Part shown: positions 16,760 to 25,521 of the stretch, one piece after another
How the letters are laid out: each line of letters begins with the position of its first letter
How positions within the stretch are numbered: position 1 is the first letter of the stretch
Assembly (NCBI GenBank): GCA_044229445.1
Contig: JBGASX010000012.1
Span: forward strand, 4,671-68,670
Reading direction: 5' to 3'
Length of the DNA: 64,000 bases
Origin: Gemmatimonadales bacterium
GTDB taxonomy: Bacteria > Gemmatimonadota > Gemmatimonadetes > Gemmatimonadales > GWC2-71-9
Translations under genes and position numbers: made by a program
Notes under the pieces: generated by a model
The model's input: only the letters and a program-made list of their open reading frames with translations
What the model was told of the DNA's origin: nothing
Database searches by the model: none

Positions 16760-18819
16760 CGTGCCCTCCCCGAACGCAGCAACCGTGGCTGATAGTCCTG
16801 CGGATGCGACTGCAGGTGGCACTCGGTGCATTCGCGCGGGCCGTAGTGGTCGACCTTCTGGTCGTGGCAGGCGAGGCAGAACGAGCGCGTCGGTACGAGG
16901 GAGGTAATCTTGGCGGTCGCGTGGCAGGCGTCGCATGCGACGTGCGCCTGGGCCGGCAGCGCGTGGGCCTGCGTGATGGAGGTCGTCCGGTGGCAGGTGG
17001 CGCAATCACGCCCGGACTTGTGATGATCCACATGACACCCCGTGCAGGTCGCCGCCGAATCCACCGGTGGCAGCGACACGACTCCGGCATGACACGCCCG
17101 GCAGTCGAGATCCGTGTGCGCCGAGTGGCGGAAGGTGACCGTGCGCTCGCGGGAGGGCTTTCCGGCCGCGGCGATCCGGACGCTCACCGCGTTGGAGGCC
17201 GGGAGTTCCTCCCTGGCATGACAGGACTTGCAATCGCTCTGTGCCGGCGCCTGATGATGACAGATCTGGCAGCCACGCGGCGCTTCGAACGTGACCTTCT
17301 TGCCCGAAGAGGTCACGTGGCAGGTGAGGCAGGCCAGTTTCTTATGTCGGGTGTGTGAGAAGGTGTCGCTCGGCAGGGCGGTGCGGGTGCTCAAATCCCG
17401 CGTGGGAGGGTCTGCACCAGGCGGGGCATCACCTTTCACCTTGCTCGGCCGCTCGAGGCTCGGAAGCTCCTGGAGCGGCGCCATCGACTGCTTGAGGGCC
17501 TTGAGGGTATCGAAGGGTTGTGGCGGCTTCACGCGCGAGTGACTGCGTTCGCGGACCGCATTGTGGCATCCGGTGCAGTCGCTGGCGTCCACGCGCGCCG
17601 CGTGCGGCACGTGGCAGAGCGTGCACTGCTCCTGCTTGCCGCGATGCTGGGCGCCGACGTGGAAGGGGACCTTCTTGTAATCGGCGTGACACCCCTCGGA
17701 AGCGCAGGATTTCCGCGTCTCACCGACGGTCTTCTGGGCATGGGGATTGTGGCACATGCCGCAGGTGCCGTTGTGCGGATCGGCGCCCGGCGCGAAGCTG
17801 GGAATCAGCTTCTCCATGTCGTGGCACGAGAGGCACTGCTTCAGCGCCGGCCGCAGCGCCCCGGCGGCGGAGTCACGGGTGGCGAGCGCAGCCACCGGCT
17901 TGGTGAACTGATGGCAGACGATGCAGTGCAGGTCGGTCTGCCCCTGCATCTTGCCCAGCCGGATCCGGGTCTCGTCCGTGAGATGGCAGCCCTTCTGCAC
18001 GCAGGTGGTGTCCGCGGGAAGGAAACGATGGGCCGTTCTCGCGTGACAGGTCAGGCATTCGACCTTGCCCTTGAGCGCCGAGGAATCCGATTCGAGGTGC
18101 GTCCGATGCCCGGCGGTGGCCGCGATCGCCTGCCAGGTCTCCTTGGCGGCACCGCGCACATGACACCGCTCGCAGGTCGCCCGCGGCACTCGCGCGTGGG
18201 GCGGGATCCGCTCGTCCCGGACACCAGACATCCAGAAGATGAGCTTCACTCCCTCCTTGAGCGGCTTGAGCGGGTGACAGGTATGGCAGCTGATGGAATC
18301 GTGCTTGCCCTCGAGCCGGGGGACCAGGGTGTAGTCGCCCGTGTCAGGCACGACCCACTTCTGCCCGCTGGCGATGAAGATGTGGCACCCGTTGCAGAAG
18401 CGCTTGTCGGTCTCGACGAACTTGTAGCTGCCATACCCCGCGCCCGCCACGCCGGCAACGGCCAGAAAGGCGGCGGCGACGAGGCCGAACTTGACCGAGG
18501 CGCTGCGCGTCGCCAGCCACTCCAGGATGCTCCGCCGGTTGTGCCACAGCGCTCGAAGGATGACGAAGGCGATGGCGGCAGCGATGAGCGCGCCCATCCA
18601 CATCACCCAGGGCTGCTTCTGGAAGAGCCACTGGATGATGGGGGTGACCCGGTCGCCGAGCAGGGTCTTGTCGACGGTGGAGTCGGCGGGATGCATCGGC
18701 ATCTGCGACGGCAGCGCTGCGGTACTGTCGTGGATCGCCTGGAGGGAGAATACACCCGCCCCGGCAAGCGAGAGCTTGCCGGGGCGGGTGGTATTACCTG
18801 TCGGAGAAACGAGCATCAA
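16756..18819 (-). CDS. membrane-anchored NapC/NirT/CymA-like multihaem cytochrome, 18 CXXCH + 2 CX4CH
   Basis: 687-aa ORF with two N-terminal hydrophobic helices followed immediately by FCNGCH, the arrangement seen in NapC/NrfH-type quinol dehydrogenases. It then has 17 more CXXCH plus CVQKGCH and CASEGCH. Confidence 0.85.
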   Translation of the reverse strand: MMLVSPTGNTTRPGKLSLAGAGVFSLQAIHDSTAALPSQMPMHPADSTVDKTLLGDRVTPIIQWLFQKQPWVMWMGALIAAAIAFVILRALWHNRRSILEWLATRSASVKFGLVAAAFLAVAGVAGAGYGSYKFVETDKRFCNGCHIFIASGQKWVVPDTGDYTLVPRLEGKHDSISCHTCHPLKPLKEGVKLIFWMSGVRDERIPPHARVPRATCERCHVRGAAKETWQAIAATAGHRTHLESDSSALKGKVECLTCHARTAHRFLPADTTCVQKGCHLTDETRIRLGKMQGQTDLHCIVCHQFTKPVAALATRDSAAGALRPALKQCLSCHDMEKLIPSFAPGADPHNGTCGMCHNPHAQKTVGETRKSCASEGCHADYKKVPFHVGAQHRGKQEQCTLCHVPHAARVDASDCTGCHNAVRERSHSRVKPPQPFDTLKALKQSMAPLQELPSLERPSKVKGDAPPGADPPTRDLSTRTALPSDTFSHTRHKKLACLTCHVTSSGKKVTFEAPRGCQICHHQAPAQSDCKSCHAREELPASNAVSVRIAAAGKPSRERTVTFRHSAHTDLDCRACHAGVVSLPPVDSAATCTGCHVDHHKSGRDCATCHRTTSITQAHALPAQAHVACDACHATAKITSLVPTRSFCLACHDQKVDHYGPRECTECHLQSHPQDYQPRLLRSGRAR

Positions 18820-20529
18820 TCAGCGCTGGTTTGTTGACGGTGCCGTGAGGCGGACCGCAGTCCGCACCTGGTTCGGGTTCATGATAGCAGCTTCCGTCGC
18901 CGGTGCCAGCTTGAGCTGCCCGCTGCGGACCGCGCCCTGAATCTGCGCGAGGATTGGAGCGGGCGGGGCGGGCAGAATTCCCGGATACTTCGCGAGGAGA
19001 TCCGCGATGCTCGCCTGGAGCAGCGCCCGATAGAGGAAGGGGTTGTGCACGCCCTTCGAGCCGTCGGGGTGGTCGGCGTAGCCCTCGCCGGTGAGCTGGA
19101 CGTTGAACACGGCGCCCTTCGCCGCGGTCAGCGCGTTCGGCGCGGCGTAGTTGAGGTCCGCAGGGACAGCAGCCTTGATCTTGGCCAGATAACCCGAGTC
19201 CGCGGGGTAGGCGTCCACACCCTCGACGCAGTTGCCCACCGGCACGCACTTGGTGGAGTTGATCCAGAGCGTCCTGGCGTAGCCGTCGATCTCGTTCCGC
19301 AGGTTGCTGAAGAGCTGCTGCGCGACCGCTTCGCCACCCACGTGACAGCCGGACGCCGTGCAGGCGCCCCAGGAACGGCTCGGGACGTCGTAGGCGCAGT
19401 TGTTCGTGAAGGTGGTGTCCACCACCGCCGGGCTCTTCTGCTGCAGGCAGGGCAGCGGGTGGAAGCTGTGCCCGCTGAAGGTGACCGAGTTTCCGTTCAC
19501 GTCCACGCCGGTCAGCTTGTTCACATGGCAGCCCGCGCAGAGCCGCGGATTGGCCGTCGAGCCATGGCTGGCGTAGAAGATCGTGGTGTCGTAGGACGTG
19601 CCGGGCGGGAAGTAGCCGGCATCGCCGAAGACGACGGGTCCTTGCACGCCGTGAGGGCCGCGGGTGCTCGGAGCCGCACCCGGCGAGGACCGGTCGACCC
19701 GGCCATGGCACTTGGTGCAGAGGTTCTGCGTGATGTCACGAGTATCGATGGCGAAGCGGAGCTGGCCGGGCAGCGTGTTGCCCAGGCTGTCCTTCGCGGT
19801 GCCGTGCGGATCGTGGCAGACGACGCAGTTCTGCGGAAGGTACGTGGTGGCCTGGCTGACTTCCTTGAACACCTGGCCCTGCGAGCCATACCAGGCGCGG
19901 AGGGCGCCCTTGCCCTCGTGGCAGGGCTGGCAGCTCGTCTGTACCTGCTCGGCCAGCCGGGGCTGGCCATGCCGGGAGGCGAGCCATTCCTTCAGATAGT
20001 TGTGGTGCTTGGATGGGGTGTTGTCGGTGTGGCACCCGCCGCAGCTCGAGTTGGTAATCGCGGCGGCCGTATCGATATTGATGCTGGGAATCGGCCGGTT
20101 CGCGAGGACCGTCGGGTTCTGTACGTGCTGCAGGCCGGGGCCGTGGCAGCTCTCGCACTGCACATCGTGGTAGGAGGCACTCGCGACGGAGTCGTAACCG
20201 ACGTGCGCGAAGGGCTGGTTGCCACGCGAGTTCACGCTGTGACAGCCGCTGCAGAAGGGCTGGGCGAAGCCGCTCGCCTGCAGATCGCCCCAGGCCGATG
20301 CGTGCTTGGTGTTGATCCAGTCGGCCTGCTGACCAACGTGGCAGTTGCCACAGGTGGTCTGCTGGGTGGCCGCGGTGTAATAACCGAGGAACCCGCTCGC
20401 CGCGTCAGGCGGCGGATTGAACGGCGCGCGATCGCGATACACCACATCTGTACAGGCGCCAAGCCAAGCGGCGGCTGCCAGCGCGAACGCCATCGACCCG
20501 AACCGGGACCGGACACGCGAAGCAATCAT
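18820..20529 (-). CDS. lipoprotein multihaem c-type cytochrome, 8 CXXCH + 1 CX4CH
   Basis: 569-aa ORF with a lipobox (AAWLGAC). It has 8 CXXCH plus CTASGCH, and W-x-x-[ST]-x-H-type elements (WINTKHASAW, WLASRHG). It is the first gene of cluster 2, and its stop abuts the next start. Confidence 0.85.
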   Translation of the reverse strand: MIASRVRSRFGSMAFALAAAAWLGACTDVVYRDRAPFNPPPDAASGFLGYYTAATQQTTCGNCHVGQQADWINTKHASAWGDLQASGFAQPFCSGCHSVNSRGNQPFAHVGYDSVASASYHDVQCESCHGPGLQHVQNPTVLANRPIPSINIDTAAAITNSSCGGCHTDNTPSKHHNYLKEWLASRHGQPRLAEQVQTSCQPCHEGKGALRAWYGSQGQVFKEVSQATTYLPQNCVVCHDPHGTAKDSLGNTLPGQLRFAIDTRDITQNLCTKCHGRVDRSSPGAAPSTRGPHGVQGPVVFGDAGYFPPGTSYDTTIFYASHGSTANPRLCAGCHVNKLTGVDVNGNSVTFSGHSFHPLPCLQQKSPAVVDTTFTNNCAYDVPSRSWGACTASGCHVGGEAVAQQLFSNLRNEIDGYARTLWINSTKCVPVGNCVEGVDAYPADSGYLAKIKAAVPADLNYAAPNALTAAKGAVFNVQLTGEGYADHPDGSKGVHNPFLYRALLQASIADLLAKYPGILPAPPAPILAQIQGAVRSGQLKLAPATEAAIMNPNQVRTAVRLTAPSTNQR

Positions 20530-20848
20530 ACGGATTAACCGTGTGTTAAGGGTTCGGAGCTAAAGTACCCGTAATTCTACGGAAGGCAAGCAAAGATCTA
20601 GTGAAACTGTCTTCATTTGAAGCATATGATTCTCTTAGAGTTCCGGGCTCAGGTTCCGCGTCGGAAAGGGTTCGCGCTCCCGGTGCTGCGGGTCGCTGGT
20701 CGGAGCGCCGAGTATCCGCCCACACCGCAGCATTCCGGACACGACGCAATGCCGATGCGGCACCTCCCGTTCTCAACCCGTCCCTCCTACCTTCACTGAC
20801 TGCCGCGATCGGTCGCTCCGGCGGCGTCCACATCCTCGAGAGATTCCA

Positions 20849-21634
20849 GTGACATCTGTCGTCTGCCCCTCCTGCGGCAAGCCTACCGGTGGGAAGTTCT
20901 GCCGGCACTGTGGTACCACTCTGGGAGGCGAGGGCTGCGCACGCTGCGGGAGTCCGATGCCCGCGGGTGCGCGTTTCTGCGCCAATTGTGGAACGTCCTC
21001 GGCGCAGGGACGCCAGGCGATCGGCGGGAACGAACGGCTCCTCTGGTTTCTCGCGGGCGGTGGTGTGGTTGCGGTGGTCGGCGGTCTGGCCCTCTACGCC
21101 ACGCGCGGGACCTCCGTCGCACCGGTCGCGGCACCGGCAGGCGCCGAGGCGCCGTTCGCGTCGGGAGGAGGCACGGGAGCGACCCCGCCCGACATCAGCA
21201 ACATGACGCCTCGAGAGCGGTTTGACCGATTGTTCGACCGCGTCATGCGCGCCGCCGAATCGGGGGACGAGGCGACGGTCACCAGTTTCGCGCCGATGGC
21301 CGTGAGTGCGTACGGGATGCTGGATGCTGCGGATCTCGACAGTGACGCCCGGTATGACGCGGCGCTGATCAAGCTGCACACGGGCGATGTCGATGGCGCC
21401 GCCGCCCTGGCGGACACCATCCTCAAGAAGCAGCCCGGGCACCTCTTCGGTATCATCCTGCAGGGCACCATCGCGCGCTTCAAGAAGGACGACAGGGGAT
21501 TGAAGAAGAGCTACGCCGACTATCTCAGTCATTACGATGCGGAAACCAAGGCCAAGCGTCCCGAGTATGAGAAGCACGCGCGCTCGATCGAACAGTTCCT
21601 GAAGGACGCGCGCGACGCCGGCGGAAAATCCTGA
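20849..21634 (+). CDS. double zinc-ribbon / single-TM protein with helical C-terminal domain
   Basis: 261-aa ORF (GTG start) with CPSCGKPTGGKFCRHCG and CARCGSPMPAGARFCANCG, then the TM helix LLWFLAGGGVVAVVGGLALYA, then a helical-repeat-like domain. It lies immediately upstream of ccmF. Confidence 0.6.
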   Translation: MTSVVCPSCGKPTGGKFCRHCGTTLGGEGCARCGSPMPAGARFCANCGTSSAQGRQAIGGNERLLWFLAGGGVVAVVGGLALYATRGTSVAPVAAPAGAEAPFASGGGTGATPPDISNMTPRERFDRLFDRVMRAAESGDEATVTSFAPMAVSAYGMLDAADLDSDARYDAALIKLHTGDVDGAAALADTILKKQPGHLFGIILQGTIARFKKDDRGLKKSYADYLSHYDAETKAKRPEYEKHARSIEQFLKDARDAGGKS

Positions 21635-21644
21635 GGGCTGAGTC

Positions 21645-23693
21645 ATGACACTGCTAGGACAATTCGCGCTGTGGGCCGCCTTCTTCATCGGTGGCTGGGC
21701 GGCGATCATCGGATTCTCAGGGCGCTGGCACGGACGGCCGGAACTGGCCGTCAGCGTGACCCGCTCGGTCTACGCCCTCTTCGGCGTGCTCGTGGTCGCG
21801 GCGATCTGCCTCTGGCAGGGGCTGATCACCCACGACTTCAACATCGAGTACGTCGCGAGCTACACCTCGAGAAACCTGCCGGGCTATTTCATCTTCTCGG
21901 CGTTCTGGGCCGGACAGAAGGGATCGTTGCTCTTCTGGGCCATCGTCCTGAGCATGTTCGCGGCGCTGGCCCAGTGGCTGACGGCCGCGCGATACCGGGC
22001 GCTCATGCCGTACGTGGCGGCGGTGACCAGTTCGGTCGTCGTTTTCTTCGTCACCGTGATGCTGTTTGCCGCCAACCCGTTCATGCGGCTGCCCTTCACG
22101 CCGCCCGACGGAAACGGCCTCAATCCGCAGCTGCAGAACATCGGGATGGTGATCCATCCGCCGATGCTCTACCTCGGCTACATCAGCATCACGATTCCGT
22201 TCGCCTTCGCGATCGCGGCGCTGCTGTCCCGCCGGCTGGACACCGGCTGGCTGCACGCCATCCGGAAGTGGACGCTGATGAGCTGGCTCTTCCTCTCGAT
22301 CGGCATCACCCTCGGCATGTGGTGGGCCTACGTCGAGCTGGGCTGGGGCGGGTACTGGGCGTGGGATCCGGTGGAGAACGCCAGCCTGCTGCCCTGGCTG
22401 ACCATGTCGGCGTTCCTGCACTCGGTGATGATCGAGGAGAAGCGGGGCATGCTGAAGCGCTGGAACATGACCCTCATCATCGGGTCGTTCCTGCTGAGCA
22501 TCTTCGGAACCTTCATCACCCGGAGCGGGGTGATCGCGAGCGTTCACAGCTTCACCCAGTCGAACGTCGGCTACTTCTTCCTCGCCTTCCTGCTGAGCAG
22601 CGGGGTCCTGGCCTTCACTCTGCTGTATACCAGGTGGGAGCGCCTCGAGGCCGAGGTGCAGCTGGAGAGCGTGGTAAGCCGCGAGGCGGCGTTCCTCTTC
22701 AACAACCTCCTGTTCGTCGGCATCGCCTTCTCGGTGCTCTGGGGGACGCTCTTCCCGATTCTCTCGGAAGCGGTGCGGGGCACCAAGATTACGGTCGGTC
22801 CGCCGTTCTTCAACAAGGTGAACGTGCCGCTCGGGCTGCTGCTCCTGGCGCTGACGGGCATCGGGCCGCTCATCGCCTGGCGCAAGGCCTCGACCGCCAA
22901 CCTCAAGCGTCAGTTCACCTGGCCGCTGGTGGCCGGGGCGATCGTGGTGGCGCTCTGCCTGGTGGGCCGGATGGAGAACTTCTACGCCATCGTCGCGCTG
23001 GGGCTCGCCGGTTTCACCGCCGGCACGCTGGTCCAGGAATTCACCCGCGGCACCCTGGCGCGGCACCGGATGTACTCCGAGTCGTATCCGGTCGCCTTTG
23101 CGCAGCTGGTGGCGCGGAACCGCCGGCGGTACGGCGGCTATATCGTGCACACGGGCATGCTGATCTACTTCGTCGCCTTCGCCGGCTATGCCTTCAAGAC
23201 CGAGATGGAGGCGACGCTCAAGCCCGGTGATTCGGCGACCCTCAAGAGTCCTTTCGGGCATACCTACGTGTTCACCCATGTCGGTGTCTCGCAGTTCGAG
23301 CAGATGAACCGGGTGGTGACGCAGGCCTCGGTGCAGGTCACCAAGGACGGCAAGTCGATCGGGGTCATCAACTCGGAGAAGCGGCAGCACTTCTCGGAGC
23401 CGGCACCCGGCGTCAGGCAGAAGTCGTTCGAGCCGTCGACCGAGGTCGGGATCCGCAGCACGCTGCAGGAGGACCTGTACATCGTCTATGCCGGCTCGGT
23501 GGCCGGCACCGAAGAGGCCGTCTACCGCTTCACGATCAACCCGCTGGTCATCTGGGTCTGGATCGGTGGCATCGTGCTGGTCGTCGGCGGGCTGATCACC
23601 ATGTGGCCCGGCGGCACCACGAGCACCGGCTCGCTCAAGCGGGCTGAGGCCGGCTACGAGGTCCAGCTTGCGGGCTCGGGGTCGACGACGTGA
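21645..23693 (+). CDS. ccmF: cytochrome c-type biogenesis protein CcmF (haem lyase subunit)
   Basis: 682-aa polytopic ORF with the WWD-type motif WGGYWAWDPVENASLLPWL and typical CcmF length and topology. Confidence 0.92.
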   Translation: MTLLGQFALWAAFFIGGWAAIIGFSGRWHGRPELAVSVTRSVYALFGVLVVAAICLWQGLITHDFNIEYVASYTSRNLPGYFIFSAFWAGQKGSLLFWAIVLSMFAALAQWLTAARYRALMPYVAAVTSSVVVFFVTVMLFAANPFMRLPFTPPDGNGLNPQLQNIGMVIHPPMLYLGYISITIPFAFAIAALLSRRLDTGWLHAIRKWTLMSWLFLSIGITLGMWWAYVELGWGGYWAWDPVENASLLPWLTMSAFLHSVMIEEKRGMLKRWNMTLIIGSFLLSIFGTFITRSGVIASVHSFTQSNVGYFFLAFLLSSGVLAFTLLYTRWERLEAEVQLESVVSREAAFLFNNLLFVGIAFSVLWGTLFPILSEAVRGTKITVGPPFFNKVNVPLGLLLLALTGIGPLIAWRKASTANLKRQFTWPLVAGAIVVALCLVGRMENFYAIVALGLAGFTAGTLVQEFTRGTLARHRMYSESYPVAFAQLVARNRRRYGGYIVHTGMLIYFVAFAGYAFKTEMEATLKPGDSATLKSPFGHTYVFTHVGVSQFEQMNRVVTQASVQVTKDGKSIGVINSEKRQHFSEPAPGVRQKSFEPSTEVGIRSTLQEDLYIVYAGSVAGTEEAVYRFTINPLVIWVWIGGIVLVVGGLITMWPGGTTSTGSLKRAEAGYEVQLAGSGSTT

Positions 23694-24310
23694 TCCAGAA
23701 TCGTCGTGCCTTCCTGTCGGGCGCTGCCGTCGCCGTCTTCGGCGGTGCCGTCGCCGGGCGGCTGACTGGCCAGGAGCCGTCGCTGCCGCCGCAGGCCGAG
23801 ACCGGGTCGCTGCGCGATCCCGAGTCCGCGGGGCGCTCGCAGGAGCGGGCGACTCACCGGGACAACGATCCGTTCATCACCGCCATCGAGAAGCGGATCC
23901 AGTGCACCTGCGGGTGCACGCTCGACGTCTATACCTGCCGCACCACGGACTTCACCTGTACGTACTCGCCCGCGCTGCACAAGGAAGTGCTCGCGCTCCA
24001 GGATGAAGGCAAGAACGCGGAGGAGATCATCGCCGCGTTCGTGGCCAAGTACGGCGAGAAGGTGCTGATGGCGCCCAAGCCGGAGGGATTCAATGTCGCC
24101 GGGTACGTGGTGCCCGGCCTGCTGATTCTGCTGGTCGGAGGCGTCATGCTGGCGATTCTGCAACGGCGCGCGCGATTGAGCCGGCCGGCGGTGCTGCCCG
24201 GGGCACCGGCGATGCCGACCGGCGCGGCCGGGGCCGTGGTCTCGGCACCGCCCGCATCGGCCGAGGAACTCGAGCGACTCGCACGCGAATTACGGGAGAT
24301 GGACCAGTAA
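23690..24310 (+). CDS. ccmH: CcmH/NrfF-family protein with atypical cysteine motif
   Basis: 206-aa ORF with a twin-Arg-like signal (NRRAFLSGAAVAVFGG). The segment LQDEGKNAEEIIAAFVAKYGEKVLMAPKPEG plus a following TM helix match the CcmH family layout. The Cys motif is QCTCGCTLDVYTC rather than RCxxC. Confidence 0.7.
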   Translation: MIQNRRAFLSGAAVAVFGGAVAGRLTGQEPSLPPQAETGSLRDPESAGRSQERATHRDNDPFITAIEKRIQCTCGCTLDVYTCRTTDFTCTYSPALHKEVLALQDEGKNAEEIIAAFVAKYGEKVLMAPKPEGFNVAGYVVPGLLILLVGGVMLAILQRRARLSRPAVLPGAPAMPTGAAGAVVSAPPASAEELERLARELREMDQ

Positions 24311-24852
24311 TGCTCTACGAAGCAATTGCCGCGGCACTCGTTGCCCTGGCCGCCGTGGCGCTGATCATCGGTCCGCTGACGCGTCCTGGCCAGGGACCGG
24401 TGGCTGGGGCCGATGAGCCGGAGGACATCGAGGAGACGCCGAAGGGCATGGCGCTCACCGCCCTCCGAGAGATCGAGTTCGACCGCGAGACCGGCAAGCT
24501 GTCGGATGACGACTACGCCGCGCTCAAGTCGAAGTACACCGCCGAGGCGCTCGCGATTCTCCGCCTCGAGTCCAGCGACCGCGGCACCGCGGCCCCGAGC
24601 CCCGCGACTACTGCGTCGGCTTCCGCCGCTTCCGGGGGAGACGCGGTCGAGGCCATGATCGCCGACCGTGTCCGCACCATGCAGGCGGGCAGCATCCGCT
24701 GCCGAAGCTGTGGACCTCGTCCGGAGAGCGACGCGCTCTTCTGCTCGTCCTGCGGCCGCTCGCTGACGGTGGGCGGGTGCTCGAGTTGCGGTGCTCCCCT
24801 CATCCCTGGCAGCAAGTTCTGCGAAGGCTGCGGCACAGCCGTTCCACGCTGA
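24310..24852 (+). CDS. single-TM protein with C-terminal double zinc ribbon
   Basis: 180-aa ORF with an N-terminal TM helix (IAAALVALAAVALIIGPL). The C-terminus is CRSCGPRPESDALFCSSCG...CSSCGAPLIPGSKFCEGCG. The start overlaps the ccmH stop. Confidence 0.6.
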   Translation: MLYEAIAAALVALAAVALIIGPLTRPGQGPVAGADEPEDIEETPKGMALTALREIEFDRETGKLSDDDYAALKSKYTAEALAILRLESSDRGTAAPSPATTASASAASGGDAVEAMIADRVRTMQAGSIRCRSCGPRPESDALFCSSCGRSLTVGGCSSCGAPLIPGSKFCEGCGTAVPR

Positions 24853-24855
24853 GTC

Positions 24856-25467
24856 CTACAGGCCGAGTCGCAGCCCGATCCCGAGGCTCCAGGACCGGAG
24901 GCTTTCGATCTTCGCTTCCGGGGGAAGGTCCCGTCGATTGAAAGGACTCGGGCCCAGGCCAAAGACGGCCCGGTTCTCGAGTTCCACCCGACCCAGCGGT
25001 ATCCGCAGCGCCACACCGATCCGTCCTCCCAACGCCGTCCGGTCACCGAGCCCCGTCGTGGTCCAATGGTCGATGACCGGCCCCAGCTGGAGCAGCAGAC
25101 TCGCCTCCCGCAGCGCCAGCAGCCTCCGTCCCACCAGGAGCGAACCACGATAGCGCTTCATCGGGGTGGTCTTGTCGTCCAGGACCAGCCGGTCCGTCCG
25201 CGCGCGAAGGTCGCCGCTCGCATAACCCGCCGTGAGTGCGAGCTCCCAATCGCCGATCTTCCGGCCCAGGCCGATCTCCGCCGCGAGGCGCGGGGCGGGA
25301 AAGACCTCGACGGTCGTGCCCGGAACCGTCGAGGTATCGCTCGACGCCCCGCCGAAACTCTCCCGCGCCACATTGAGGAGCAGCGCCCAGCGTGATTCTG
25401 GGCGCTGGGCGACGAGGGCCGTCGGGAGGAGCAGAGCGAGAAGGATCAGCGGGATGCGGGGCTGCAT
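24856..25467 (-). CDS. small outer-membrane beta-barrel-like protein
   Basis: 203-aa ORF with signal peptide MQPRIPLILLALLLPTALVAQ and alternating strand-like segments. No named family recognised. Confidence 0.5.
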   Translation of the reverse strand: MQPRIPLILLALLLPTALVAQRPESRWALLLNVARESFGGASSDTSTVPGTTVEVFPAPRLAAEIGLGRKIGDWELALTAGYASGDLRARTDRLVLDDKTTPMKRYRGSLLVGRRLLALREASLLLQLGPVIDHWTTTGLGDRTALGGRIGVALRIPLGRVELENRAVFGLGPSPFNRRDLPPEAKIESLRSWSLGIGLRLGL

Positions 25468-25521
25468 GGCACCTCCGGAAGTGAGAGAGGGCCGGCGGGG
25501 GGCGGCCCCGCCGGCGGGTGA

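Noticed and set aside
20546-21709. 387-aa minus-strand ORF opposite the zinc-ribbon gene.
   Set aside because: It has shadow-ORF composition. The plus-strand ORF has clean zinc-ribbon CxxC pairs, a TM helix and a position coupled to ccmF.
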